Assembly: GCA_028534125.1 (NCBI GenBank)
Contig: CM052816.1
Coordinates: 28,026,001 to 28,090,000 of the forward strand
Length of the DNA stretch: 64,000 nt
Source: Lama glama
Lineage: Eukaryota
Direction of reading: 5' to 3'
Part shown: positions 63,093 through 64,000 of the stretch, one piece after another
Layout: each line of letters opens with the position of its first letter
Position numbering within the stretch: position 1 is the first letter of the stretch
Notes under the pieces: model-generated
Database searches by the model: none
What the model was told of the DNA's origin: nothing
The model's input: only the letters and a program-made list of their open reading frames with translations
Position numbers and translations under genes: made by a program

Positions 63093-63869
63093 TTACAGTA
63101 ACTGTTAGGCAAGGATTTTAATAAAAAATGTAAACTATAATTTTAATAACAAACAAAAACCAGAAACAATGTTTCTTTTAAACAGGCAAGAGAACCTTAA
63201 TGAAATGACAACAAGCAGAGAAAAAGCCACGCCTGAAATAAAGTAGACCGCAATCACCTGTTTACACAGCAGCCTCAACGAGGTTTCCATCTAGTGGGTA
63301 AGTGACAATTATGAAATGCTAATGAAACGGCAAAAGTGTAAGGGAGGAGTTCCAAACTGGTGTTTGGGAGAAATGAAGCAAAGCATTTTATACAGAAGAA
63401 AAAGGAAGCAAACGAAAATTAATGTGAATAAACAATACATTACTTTAATGTATCAAATACAGAAATCTATAAAGGTAAATAAGACAGAAAAGCACACATG
63501 TAAAATTGACCAAAGATAAAGACAGCACCTCAGAATAAGTAGCAGTCTTATTATTATTATTTTTTAGTGCTGTCTTTGAACAGGACACACTTGAGGGTTA
63601 ATATATGTTACCCAATTTGACAAAAACTTCTACGATTAATGAATAAATTTATGTACAAAACTGTAAAATAAAAATGAAAGAACTCTGAAATAATATGATT
63701 TAACACTGAATAAAATGACTTAAACATTTGACATTGTATTTTTCAGTCAATGGGGAAAAGATAATATTCTGACATACATAATCAGATTTGGTGAATTTTT
63801 AATAATATAAAATAAAATCCTGGCTATGTGTACTCACTTACAAAGGTGGACTGTGTGTCCAAATCAAAA

Positions 63870-64000
63870 CTCTTTTTAAAAAATGTTTAATAGATTTGAT
63901 TTTTAGTTTAAGGTTAACAGCAAATTAAATAGAAGGTACAGTGATTTCTCAAAAACTCTCTACCCCACACATGCAGAGCCTCAACCATTATCACCAAACA
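63870..64000 (-). mobile_element. LINE-1 3' end (L1MC/L1MD-like), runs off the window
   Basis: agtttaaggttaacagcaaattaaatagaaggtacagtgatttctc...ccccacacatgcagagcctc. Confidence 0.65.

Overview
AT-rich mammalian genomic DNA, very probably from a camelid: it carries three copies of a short tRNA-Ala(AGC)-derived SINE that match the camelid Vic-1 family. It is not prokaryotic, and there are no operons or CRISPR arrays. A large part of the window is interspersed repeat: LINE-1 fragments of many ages (two young copies with target-site duplications), L2, MIR, ERV/MaLR solo LTRs, a Tigger-derived MITE and microsatellites. There is one 500-N assembly gap. The only ORF-track entries I can assign to a protein family are LINE-1 ORF2 remnants. 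I recognise no host protein-coding exon and name no gene. A small CpG-rich patch at ~51.6-51.85 kb holds a (GGAGCA)11 repeat and is followed by strong minus-strand splice donors. It may be the promoter/first exon of a minus-strand transcript whose introns cover most of the window; this is inference. The best-supported structural observations are a twin-priming (5'-inverted) L1 with a younger L1 nested inside it (37.3-41.5 kb) and a possible SINE-L1 composite insertion (61.1-61.4 kb). I found no convincing novel biological system. Repeat subfamily names come from recalled consensus motifs and need RepeatMasker/Dfam confirmation. Boundaries of old repeats are approximate.
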